Shown here in pieces: positions 33,986-45,074 of a DNA stretch of 64,000 nucleotides. Every line of letters starts with the position of its first letter. Position 1 is the first letter of the stretch. Below the pieces are notes generated by a model that made no database searches, was not told the origin of the DNA, and saw only the letters and a program-made list of their open reading frames with translations. This DNA comes from Microbotryum violaceum (lineage: Eukaryota): assembly GCA_001244265.2 (NCBI GenBank), contig CDLV01000004.1, forward strand, positions 3,162,001 to 3,226,000. The letters run 5' to 3'. The position numbers and the translations under genes are program-made.

Positions 33986-34795
33986 TTTGGGTGGAGTGCG
34001 TCACTGCGGGAGATTGGTCGATGATATCGGGCTCCCGCTGGCCCAAGTCTTTGTTCTGGGTAGACGTAGTCGAGGATAACTGGGAGGTGCCACGTGCAGG
34101 TGGGCTGGCATGTCGATTGGTTGGGTCCCAATGCGGGGGGGCCACCCTTATTCTGGAGTGTTGCATTCATCTGCTGACTGGACATGACGTATGCGAAACG
34201 AGTTTTGGAACCAAGGCAAGTATCGGTCGATGGCAACGGATGGCAGGAACTGGCGTGGCGCGGTGAACATGAGTAGAAAGTAGAAGTAGGCGTTGGGCGC
34301 GACGCGACGCGTCAAGCAGGCTACGTGCACCCAGACAAAATTGAGCAAGGTCGCTGGCGGCGATGCGCGGCTGTGCAGTGGATGCAGGGCCTACTTTGCT
34401 TGGGCACTGACACGCATGATCGGATCACCTGACCCGTTGTAGTACCCAGTAAAAGAAAGAGTGAATATTCGATGCCTGGGGGTCTTCGTCGAGCCCGTGG
34501 GCGGGGGCCCGAGTACGGGCACGATTTTCAACTACATGAGATCCGGGTGAGAGTGCTTCTTACCAAGGGTGGACGTACTTCGTGGTCATGTAAGAGGGCT
34601 CGTCAAGTTTCAGGGTGATACATGGCATACTATACGAGATACAGCGGATCGCCCCCTTACGTGGTAGATGCACCATCCTTAATTGGTAAACGCACCTTTT
34701 TCCGGGAGCAAACGCACCAGCTTGCGCGAAGAATGCACCATTTGTAAGTGAACTTTGCACCTTACTAGTACCGGGGTAGATAGGTCAAGCTTCGG

Positions 34796-35122
34796 TATAT
34801 TGATACAACCCGGACTTTTGAATCACCCACAAGAAAGGTGGCGTCGGTGACTCGGTCCGGGGAAAGAGAAAGAGGCACGAAGCTGAGTGTTGGGAGGCGA
34901 CTCGGGATCAATAATAATGACCACGGAGTCGCTCTTCCATAGTATGGCAGTATTGTTGAAAGGAGTGAAAAGAGCGGAGAGCTCAAGTCTTGGCACTCCT
35001 GCGTCCACTGGGCCACCCTTTCCGGGAAAGGTCGGCCAGTTTCGCTCAGGAGAAAGACGTCGGCGTTGTGGGATCGGAGACTGGAGAAAAGAGAGGCACG
35101 CTTACGGTCTTCATTGATTGAC
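34796..35122 (-). mobile_element. Internal endonuclease-domain fragment of LINE family B inserted in the right TIR
   Basis: Reverse complement of ~46081-46403; no tail, no TSD. Confidence 0.9.
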
Positions 35123-36228
35123 GGGTAAACGCGCGCGCGTAAATTGTAATTGCACCATTTGCTCGCGGCATTAACCCATTTTCTTTACCGATTACCGATT
35201 ACCGATTAGGCAGGCGGGCGAGTGAAGAGCGCCGTCGAACAAGCAGGTTGGCCGCCACGTATGATCGGGGCTCGAGAGCAAGCGGTACTGCCATGATTCA
35301 CGGCAGCAGGGACCCAGTGATAAACATGAGGGTACTCACCCGAGTGTAGTTGGGCTGGCAGAGCGATGAGGTGGTGTGCGAGCGATGAGGTGGTGTGCGA
35401 GCGACGAGGTGGTGGGAGAGGCGACTGGGAGAAGCATGCTGGCTCGTCAGAGGTCTTGGGGGACAAGATAACCCGCAAGCTGTGGATGTGTAGTTCGAGG
35501 ACGAGGTACAGGACCTAGCGTTTTCGAGGAAGGTAAGGGGGAAGGACAACCGCGGGCTTTTGGAGCGAGCTTGCAGAAGCAGTGAATGGTAGGAGGGAGA
35601 GAGGCGTTCGTCCTCTTCCGTCCTTTTATACCCCCCTCCATAAAACCTTTTCGAAGCCCATAAAACAAAAGCTACGACAAGTCGCGTAGGCCTCTTTTTC
35701 GAGGATCGTGCTTCCGGTATCACAGGCCGAGTTGGAACAAATTGGAAGTTGCTGGAAGACTGTTTGTGGAATGTGAAATACGTATTTTCCAATGGAGAGG
35801 AGGGGTCCGCGGCGCAAAGTCCGAAAGAGAGCGCTGTCGATCGAGGAGAAAGTCGGAAGCCGAGGACAAAGAGAGGAAATGTGGGGAGAGCGGACGAAAA
35901 CGAGTTAGGGGTTTTGTTCCCCTTGCGCGGGCCCAAACCATAGAGCCTCACCCGCCTACGGCTCGTCTACAAACAGCTCGCCCTTAGGTGGAGCTGTAGT
36001 CAAAGATGAAATTTTGGATTGGCCACAAAAAGGGCTTTTCGATTGATTAAACATTGCATGTGGTGTTTTGGTGCAGCAAGATGCTAAATCGGAAGGTGTG
36101 TGCAATGACAGCGAAAACGCTCGCCCAGTCGTCGCGCTCGGCGATTCTCGAGTGCGCGCACGACATAATCACCATTGGTGCAGTCTTTGGTCACCCTTCA
36201 GCGAGCAAATACGCTATACCGCAGGCCC

Positions 36229-36294
36229 CAACGTCGAGAGATAATGTTGTCAATATTTCGACAACGTCGAGAGATAATGTTGTCAATATTTCGA
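36229..36294. repeat. 33-bp perfect tandem duplication
   Basis: CAACGTCGAGAGATAATGTTGTCAATATTTCGA x2. Confidence 0.9.
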
Positions 36295-36438
36295 AAGTCA
36301 AACCCGGTCCATTGCAGCAAGGGACCGAACAAAAGCTTAGGAAACGAAACCCCTGACTCCTCTTCACATTCGTCGATGCCACGTCTGAGACGCCCACTTA
36401 ACCCAACTCCGAATATCAACGCAGCCAAAGCTCATCTT

Positions 36439-36858
36439 TCAGCGCTTTCCCTGAGCCGAGTTGCTTCCTTGGTGCTGCGCGTGGTGCTGTTGACCGAGTT
36501 GATGAGCTTGAGCTTGAGCGTACTGTGATCAACCAGAAGCCGACAGGAGTGTTCCCAGTGCGGGACACCATGAGCTCGAACCGAAGGTCCCTCGAAAGTT
36601 CTCGTCAAGCTTCTCGAAGACTCACGTCCTTCTGCTGAGGTTGTTGGGGGTTGTTGTAGAGGCCATTATAGCCATTGAGGACCTGTTGTGAGGCGAGCAA
36701 GGATGGGCAAAGCATGAGCCTAGACCACGCTGTCGGTCGGATTGAAGTGGCTCGAATAGTCGGCAGTGACTTACAGCGTTGTAGTCTTTCGTGACCTGGT
36801 TTCCGTCACCCTTCGTCTGGATGACGTTGTTGCCGGAGACGTGTTGATTCTTGGGCAT
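36439..36858 (-). CDS. 74-aa N/Q/H-rich microprotein, Con-6-N-module family, copy A (intact)
   Basis: Exons 36775-36858, 36626-36682, 36439-36522: MPKNQHVSGNNVIQTKGDGNQVTKDYNA/VLNGYNGLYNNPQQPQQKD/YAQAQAHQLGQQHHAQHQGSNSAQGKR. Confidence 0.85.
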
Positions 36859-37647
36859 CTTGGGCGGTTCAGTTGAGCGGGTGGACGGGGGAGTGAAACT
36901 TGAGGGCGTCGCGTTTGGCTGAGGATTGTAGGGAGGAAGAAGAAAGCCTGCTGTTTCTCGAGAGGTGAGAGAGCATTGAATGGCGTGCGTGGGGTAACCG
37001 AGTAATTTGCCCGTTCATTTGCCCGATTGGTGGCTACTGAACTAGCGACTCCCACGGCTTGCTCTCGGCGCTTCCGAGTTCACGTCCGCGTGGACGGGCC
37101 AATACCCCTATTTCGAGGTATGTGCGTCGTCATTGCTGCTGCTCCATGCTATGCGGTGGTCGTGAGCTAAAGCATGAGCTAAACTCTCTTGTGTCATCAT
37201 ACCAGACGACTTATAGAAAGAATGGACTCTGTAACGCGGTTCGCCTTTGACAGCGCAGCTCCATGTTTAATGGCGATGCAGCTAACCGCGGCAATGACGC
37301 TATCAGGCGCATCACCTTCCCCTTATTTCCCTCGGCCTAAGCGTATCCGACCCTATTCCGTTGCTTCTCCTGAACTTTAATACCGATGAGGTGAGGAAAC
37401 ACTTCTAGCAAGGATCTCCGGGCCCAGCTGCAGCACGCGGTTCCGGAAATCGACCGCGGACTTGGGGCTCCTGAGCATTAACACCAAGTAGCGAACAGGC
37501 AGGATGAGAATCATTTTTCAGCTTATATCCGGTTCTCCCTGGATTGGTCAACTACCGTGACTCATTCAGAAGGAGTCACGAGGTGTGTACCGAGAATCCC
37601 GGCCGCCGTCTCAGCCCCGAGACCTGTCTCCGTTGTTTTGGGTTGGC

Positions 37648-39090
37648 CTAAACGCTGAGTGTACTGTGATCAACCAGAAGCAGAAACCAGTTTTTCCAGG
37701 GCACTGGCAGGGACACCAGTAACTCATACCCCACGACTAAACGTCGCCGCCCTTGTACTTGACTTGAAGATCGCGCAGTACGATGACATTGCGGCGAGAC
37801 CGGATGTCCTTGGATATGTCTCTGGCAGGTAACGACTGAATATCGCCCAGTCACTGACGAGTATCTCGGGACCGCTCACAGGTATGCCGATCGAAGCAGT
37901 CAGCAGTCCTCTTAAACCTGACAACGTCATCGAAGATAGCGAGGAGCGTTCCATCGCCGATGAACGAGACTGGAATCTCACGTGACTGATACTTGGACAT
38001 GGCTGGTGCAGTTGGCCGTGGGAATAAATTGTCCAGCGACTAGCATGTCAGTCGCAGGACACTCGCTCGCTTTTGTCAGTGCTACTACAGACAGGATGCG
38101 AATGTGCCTGTGCACACAACGGTCACGAGGTAGAAATCTGGATGATTGATGTTACAGCACGGAAAGCGAGTGTGGGTGAGACGTAGACAGGTTGCAAGCT
38201 TTCATTATCTGGGATTCAGTGAGACAAGGCCTACTAGCACTGCAGGCGTGCCCTTTAGCAGCATGACTGGGGACACGCCATGTTACAGCACGGGAAGCGA
38301 GTCTGGGTGCGACGTAGACAGTTTGCGAGCTCCTACTGCCTGGGATTCACTGAGAGCCCTAGCAGGCGTGCCCGTTGGCAGCATGACTGGGGACACGCCT
38401 TAGTTCCAAAGCTCCACTGCAATCGCGCGACTAGTCGAGGCGTGACAGTACAGAGGTTATGGACGGTGAGGCCTTGACTCTGTATGAGCGTGGAACTGAT
38501 GTCAGGATGTCGAGGACAGCTCCCTTCGGAATCTACAGGTCGATACTGGAGGTGCACGTTATGAGCTTGGCGTGCCGGGGGATTCATGATGACATCGCAT
38601 GGCAGCTCGATGAGCCAGCCAGTCATACTGACGGCGAGTTCATGGAAGCTGACAGTCTCGTACTTCAACGCCTCTGTAGGGCTGACGTGGTGTGATACCT
38701 CTGATGGCTTTAGCGTCTCGTGATATAGTGACAGTTGTGGTCATCTCGATTGAAGTGACATGACGGGAGTGGTATTCTGATGCGGCAATGCAGTGGATTT
38801 AGAATGAGCTCGTGCCCGAGCTCCCCGAAAATTCTCGTCAAGCTGCTCGAAGACTCACGTCTTTTCCTTGAGGTTGTTGGAGGTTATTTAAAAGCCTTTC
38901 TAGCCATTGATGACCTGGTGTGAGGCCAGCAAGGGTGGGCAAAGCATGAGCCTAGCCCACTCTGTCGGTCGGATTGAAGTGGCTCGAATAGTCGGCAGTG
39001 ACTTACAGCGTTGTAGTCTTTCGTGACCTGGTTTCCGTCACCCTTCGTCTGGATGACGTTGTTGCCGGAGACGTGTTGATTCTTGGGCAT
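37648..39090 (-). pseudogene. Microprotein copy B (pseudogene)
   Basis: Exon 1 identical to copy A; exon 2 has TAG/TAA stops; intron 2 is interrupted by an ~1.1-kb insertion; exon 3 remnant at ~37650-37668. Confidence 0.8.
37719..38803. other. ~1.1-kb insertion in intron 2 of copy B, containing a ~131-bp-period imperfect tandem duplication (~38148-38400)
   Basis: Copy A intron reads GGGACACCA|TGAGCTCG contiguously; in copy B these halves are separated by 37719-38803. Confidence 0.7.
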
Positions 39091-39685
39091 CTTGGGCGGT
39101 TCAGTTGAGCGGGTGGACGGGGGAGTGAAACTTGAGGGCGTCGCGTTTGGCTGAGGATTGTAGGGAGGAAGAAGAAAGCCTGCTGTTTCTCGAGAGGTGA
39201 GAGAGCATTGAATGGCGTGCGTGGGGTAACCGAGTAATTTGCCCGTTCATTTGCCCGATTGGTGTCTACTGAACTAGCGACTCCCACGGCTTGCTCTCGG
39301 CGCTTCCGAGTTCACGTCCGCGTGGACGGGCCAATACCCCTATTTCGAGGTATGTGCGTCGTCATTGCTGCTGCTCCATGCTATGCGGTGGTCGTGAGCT
39401 AAAGCATGAGCTAAACTCTCTTGTGTCATCATACCAGACGACTTATAGAAAGAATGGACTCTGTAACGCGGTTCGCCTTTGACAGCGCAGCTCCATGTTT
39501 AATGGCGATGCAGCTAACCGCGGCAATGACGCTATCAGGCGCATCACCTTCCCCTTATTTCCCTCGGCCTAAGCGTATCCGACCCTATTCCGTTGCTTCT
39601 CCTGAACTTTAATACCGATGAGGTGAGGAAACACTTCTAGCAAGGATCTCCAGGCCCAGCTGCAGCACGCGGTTCCGGAAATCGA
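38962..39685. repeat. Near-identical direct duplicate of 36730-37453 (offset 2232)
   Basis: Covers exon 1 and the upstream region of copies A and B; only about two differences seen by eye. Confidence 0.92.
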
Positions 39686-40086
39686 TTACGGACTTGGGGC
39701 TCCTGAGCACCAACACCGAGTAGTGAACGGGCATAGTGCGGAACTCATTTCTCGGGTCTCTGGATCGGCCCACCTTTACTCTCATTCAGAGACAGTGTGC
39801 ACCAGATTCCGCCTTCTCAGCCCCACACCGTGGCATTGAGTTGGCTTGACCGCCGAAGCTCTCCTGTTCAAGGAGGGGTCACCCGGAAATGCTTTCTATT
39901 CCAGCACGTCCCCTCTCAGGTGAACACACGAGTAACTGATCGAATCAACTGATTTCACTGCACTTCAATCAAATTCATTTGAAAACGACACTCCCTGACC
40001 TTCAAAACCCTCACCACGTGCGAGTTGAACGTATGACTTAGTCGACCTTGCGCCGGTCGCAACGAAGCGCAACGAATGGGGATTCC

Positions 40087-40550
40087 TCATTTGCGACCGG
40101 ACGAGTTACCACCTTGTTGATGTTGCTGGTAGTATTGTTGCGACAACAGGTGACTTTGCGCTTGGGCGTACTGACGGATCCGATAGATATCAGGAACGCG
40201 TGAGCTCTCGGGCTCACAAGAGAATTGGATCCCAGGCACGCAACGTGGGAAACGACTCACGTCCTTCAAATCCGAGTGTTGAGGGTTATTGTACAAGCCA
40301 TTGTAGCCTTGTTGGACCTGTCAGGACGAAACCTGCATCATCGGTCAGCTCACCTGATCATAGATGGCTTCCAGCACTGCTGGCTAGAAGTTAGAACCCG
40401 GGCCTATGCCACGGGTATGACGAGTACGAGACGTGGAGCGGGCGGAGATGGGCCACCTACGTTGTTGTAGTCCTTGACGACGTACGAACCATCCCCCTTG
40501 GTCTAGACGACGTGATGACCGGAAACGAACTGGTTGGGTTGGTTGGGCAT
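40087..40550 (-). pseudogene. Microprotein copy C with a single premature stop (TAG at 40503-40505 where copy A has CAG)
   Basis: Exons 40461-40550, 40261-40317, 40087-40170: MPNQPNQFVSGHHVV*TKGDGSYVVKDYNN/VQQGYNGLYNNPQHSDLKD/YAQAQSHLLSQQYYQQHQQGGNSSGRK. Confidence 0.82.
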
Positions 40551-40973
40551 GGTATGGTAGTAGTTGAGTGGTGTTTGTGTGCGTTGGAGTGGTTGAGCTT
40601 GGTGGGTGCGATGTGGTGGAGAGGAGAGTAGGCGTGAGCGTGGGCCACCTCGAAAACCCGCCGCCGACTTGCACGCGCCAAAAGTGACACGCGCCACCAC
40701 GTGTGGGGCGCCGCTCGTGTCTCGCTCTCGAGCCCGGCCAGAGGGAGTCGATTCGTGAACGCGTATCACGCGCAAGATTATGTGCGGTGTAGCCGTCTGA
40801 TCACATCAAACTATTCAACCCGCTGAGAACCGAACTTTCAGGGCCTACGCGTATTCTATTTAGTCTCATTCGGATGGGGCAAGCTCGCGATGTCAAAAAG
40901 AAAAACACCCGATGGATTTCGATTAAGATGGCTTCGGTTAAAAGACTTGTGACTTGCATTGCACGGCTTCATC

Positions 40974-42162
40974 TCACACAACACTCAGCGGCTCTATATC
41001 AGCCATACTAATGAGCACCTCATATGCGTCCCCTCCAGCCTCCTCATTCATCGCCTTGGCCAACCGAGGGGCAAAAGGCTTGAGCCACGGTCGTTCAGAC
41101 GCCGAGTGGTTCGTCAAGATGACATGGATGCCCTTGGCGTTGCAGAGCAGGGTGGCGTGGTGGTCGAGTTCACCACTGAGGTAGAGGTCCGCTTTGACAC
41201 CGGAGAGTACGGAGGAGCCTGGATGTGAAGAGGAGACAATGGGGCTCGCGGATCAGTCTCGAGCAAGTCTAGTCGCAGGATCGAGAAGGTCCGAACTCAC
41301 CGCTACCGGCGCAGATGGCGATCGTCTTGATCTTTTCAGCTCCATTCGGTGCCCATGCCGCTTGCGCTGTGAGCGAACAGAGTGTGAAGAGGGCTCCATC
41401 AGGATCAGCTTTTGCACCTCCACTTCGCAAGCATACACTTCGGAATGAGATGGCCCGGGCTGGCAACTCTGCACTCACCGTGATCCAAATTTAATGTGTG
41501 CTTGATCCTCTTCACCACTTCGTGCTTATTCAACGCGTGATCGAGCGTGACCAATCTTCCCAAACCGCAACCCTCGTGCCCCTCAGGTTGTTCCTTGCTC
41601 TCCTCAATCGCCTTGCTTGTCGCTCGTAGATCCAACGTGAAGGCGCTGGCAATATGATCGTTGACGCCTCCGATCGACGAATCGGAAGCGGTATGGATGC
41701 AGACGACGGGAATCCCGTGTGTTGAAAGTCGGAGGAGGGATGCTTGGAGAGGTACGGCGAGCGTCATGGATTTGAGGCCAGAGAAAATGGGCGGGTGGTA
41801 CGTCAGTACCGCCGCGGTTGATGACGACGCCAGAGCTTCTTCTGTCACGGCTGTTGTCACTGTAGACGATGGTGAGATAGCTCAGCATGCTGTGCGTGGG
41901 AAACTGACAGGAGGCATGTGCGAGCGATAACGGCCAGAGTTCACTCACGGTCGATACAGGTCAACACTTGCTTCTTTCCCTTGATTTCCTGACGAGGATA
42001 AGGTGCCTCGATCATAACGCCGACATTGTCCCATGATCTCGCGAGTTGTAGAGGCGTCAATCGCTCGACAGCAGCTAGAAGATGATTAAGCACGGGCGAC
42101 CGAACGGTGCTGAAGCTGCTCGAGCTGAACGAGCTGAACGAGGCGGCGGAGGTTGACGACAT
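40974..42162 (-). CDS. NIF3: NIF3/YbgI family protein (spliced)
   Basis: PLQLARSWDNVG, LTCID, TYHPPIF, IHTASD..GGVND, IAICAGSG, SGELDHH, TNHSASER motifs across GT-AG exons. Confidence 0.93.
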
Positions 42163-42684
42163 GGTACGGTAGATATTTGTCAAGCCACGATGCATGCGAT
42201 TCGAGGAAGTAGAGGTGAGTCAGTCTTTCAACGGACCCTTTGTTAATTGGATAGCGAGGCCAAGGAACCTAAAAATAGCTTGCATCGCCGTCACGCTCGG
42301 TCCGGCTGCGGAGCCGTGAGGACCCCCGAAAGCCCAGCCATAGGCGGCCTTCTAAAAACGGCCTTTTTCGAGGCAAAATGATCAATTTTTTTCCAGATTT
42401 TGACTGAAAATGTCCAAATATGAGGGCCGCCTAGTGCTGAATAATTTTTGAAAACTACTCTCCAAGCTCTACAATGCTCAGAATTTTTTCTGCGCTGCGC
42501 GCAGACTGCGTTTCCGCCCCGCCGCGATCCACTGCCGCGCTTGATGGGCCAAGCTCTGACAAAGCTTACCGCCATACGAGCATGAGCCAGGCTGACCTTC
42601 ATTCTTCATCATTGTTGACGCCCTTCGTCTTCGTCTGAACGGCCTCCTGGTGCAAGACAAGCAAGGGATGCTGCTCAAATTTCT

Positions 42685-44872
42685 TTAAGGTTCTGCAAAA
42701 AGCCTGTACCGTTGTTCTTGATTGACGGTGATGTGAATTTCCCCTTCATCACGCCAGTTAGATCGTGTGGAATCCTTGACCTCGTAGTTGATGCTTGACA
42801 AGTCCGGTTTGAGCGAATTTATGATACAGCGCCCATCGACTTGACGAATGCGCGTGTTGCCCTGATGAGACAGGTTGGAGTAAACTCCCGGAGCGATGAC
42901 ACGCAGCTCTTGTATCACGGCATTTGCGAAAAGAGCAAGAGAGTCAAGACTTTCAAAACTTTCATAAGTTGTGCTTGACTTCTTGTAAATGTTCCTCACT
43001 GCAGGGAAGGTGACAAGTAAAATGCGCAGTCACGGTGCTAGTCAGTCATGTGAAGTTTCCCCACACAAGTAGTAGTTTGGCATACCTATCCGATTGCCAG
43101 TCGTTCCCCGCATTGTTCACCCGAAGGCAAACCCATAGGTTCTTCTGGGATTCCATACACGACCAGTGTGTCCACCTTGAGAGGACGGGGTGCAGACACA
43201 TCACCATCAACAGCTCGGACGAGTACGTGGTTCGACATGATCTGACCATAGACCTCTTGTCGTCCTTTCATTTTGTCCTGTAACGTCGGAGTCAAACGTC
43301 AGCGCAGGAAAAGGCACGCCCCAGCTTGGGTCATGATACATCACGAATCAGCGACTAACGTGAGATCGTCCCTCGGTGATGATCGCAGTTGTCGCTTGCT
43401 CGTGCAACGTCTTCTCCCGGATATTTGCCCCTGAAGCGAAGGTTCCTCTCGTTCCCCACAGACTGTCGATACCTGTCCATTCCCATTGTCTCGACTATCC
43501 GTCGAAGTGCGGCAGAATGCACGTTGCCGCGGTGCTCGGTTCGGTTTTGGGCAAAAGGTTGATCTGACGCTACGTTCTGCGCGCCACCTTTAAACTTGAT
43601 CTTCTCGAGGTGTCGGCATTGGTGTGCACGTCGTCGAGCGAGCAAGCTGTCCAAGTCGAGTGTGGGGACAGAGTAGAGGGCCCCCTTCTCTAGAAGATCA
43701 CGCGGGTACGGGGGCGCTTCCCACTGGTTGGGAACACGGGTCTGTATCGGTAAATGCATCGATCAACCGATAATTGCGCTCACTCACGGATTGCTCATGC
43801 TCATGGCATGCTTCGGCCAGGATCGTTTGAAACTCTCGATCTTCTTCTTCTGCATCGGCTTGATCGAAGCCAGCATCAACAGCATCGCTGAGGGTTCAAT
43901 ATACGGTTGTTAGTGATCGTTTGTTGCTCTCAAACACCAAGCTACGTACATCGGAGCTTCCTGGTCAATGTCAAGCGCAGTCACCAAAAGAAGCGCGTCG
44001 CCTTCCTCGCGTCGCCTTCCTTGCGTCGCCTTCCTGGCGTCGCATAATACACGGTAATGGCTCCGATCCGACAAGACGGAGACGATCGAGGACTTGGTTC
44101 AGACCAGCCTCGTTCACGTTCGGAGGGACACCTTGGCGAACGGTCGACTCGGATGTGTTTCGGAGTACCAGGGGGAGCCTGCAGACACACGCAAGATTCT
44201 ACCCACATCAGTATCCAAGATCGACTCATGAATGAGCCCAGAGGATGCAAACTCACTGAGGATCTGTAGAAAGTCTTGGAGGCGTGTAGATCGACCTCGA
44301 AGATTGACGCGGTCGACAGCTGTCCAACGTATGCGAGTGAGGTGATGACGAGCACTCGCAAGCTCACGCTCCCGAATCGCGTCGGCGTTAGCTAATCGAG
44401 GAATCCATTCTTGAATGTTGTGGATGATATATCGATTTTTTTCTGCCTTGTCGAGATGGGCCCATAACGCCGAGGCATTAAGAGGAAGGCGCATTGACCG
44501 ACGACCCCGATACGGCGAATGCGATAGATCGATAGCCATCGAGATAAGCCAAGGATAGAAAGCTTTGATCGGAAAACTTTCGATAGATTGCTTCAAGGGG
44601 CGTGGCAGCGCGTCAAAATGTCGAGGGACATCTTTCGATAGAGCAAGTCGGAGAGAAGCGTCGGGCGCAGGTAGGTCGTACGCGAGTAGGTCAACGAGGC
44701 GTAGGTCGGCAACAGGGCTCAAGATTGCAAATTTCTCGGAGGTGAGAGCAAAGCTCGGTTTGATATTAATGATCACAGGCATTTTGAACACCTTTGTAGA
44801 CACCTTTGTAGAGTATAGAGTGCCAGTGATTGGGTGCCACGACCGCGGTCGGTGGCGTGTCGCGCGGGTCAA
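42685..44872 (-). pseudogene. N- and C-terminal remnants of the element's large ORF; catalytic core not visible
   Basis: ORFs 44114-44872, 43355-43759 and 42685-42999; the latter two are homologous to copy 2 ORFs; a 14-bp x3.5 tandem repeat at 43995-44043 lies near the apparent deletion junction. Confidence 0.65.
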
Positions 44873-44981
44873 ACTGAAATGGACTCGAATAGGATCTCAT
44901 GATTAATCGCAAATGCAGCACTTACCAACGCGCTCAAATCGCAAACAGCGCGACTGTTACCCGCGCGCAGCTGGGCCGGCT

Positions 44982-45074
44982 ACTCACTGAGCGGTGTATC
45001 GACCACAGAATCAATCTTACGCCTTTTACTTAAAATTGCCGTTGTTGATGCACGCCAACGCTCTTACTCCAAAT
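44982..45074 (+). ncRNA. U5: U5 snRNA-derived sequence (5' stem-loop I, truncated at the Sm site)
   Basis: Loop I CGCCTTTTACT (45020-45030) closed by CAATCTTA/TAAAATTG, then CCG internal loop, stem GTGTATCGAC/GTTGATGCAC and stem GAGCG/CGCTC; no intact Sm site or 3' hairpin follows. Confidence 0.88.

Larger units (their letters stand above)
29874..35171. mobile_element. DNA element with ~335-bp TIRs and TA flanks; no transposase recognised
   Basis: 29874-~30207 is the inverted repeat of ~34518-35171 (the latter interrupted by a LINE patch); TA at 29872-73 and 35172-73; GGTGCRTTTAC-like motifs repeated within the TIRs. Confidence 0.85.
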
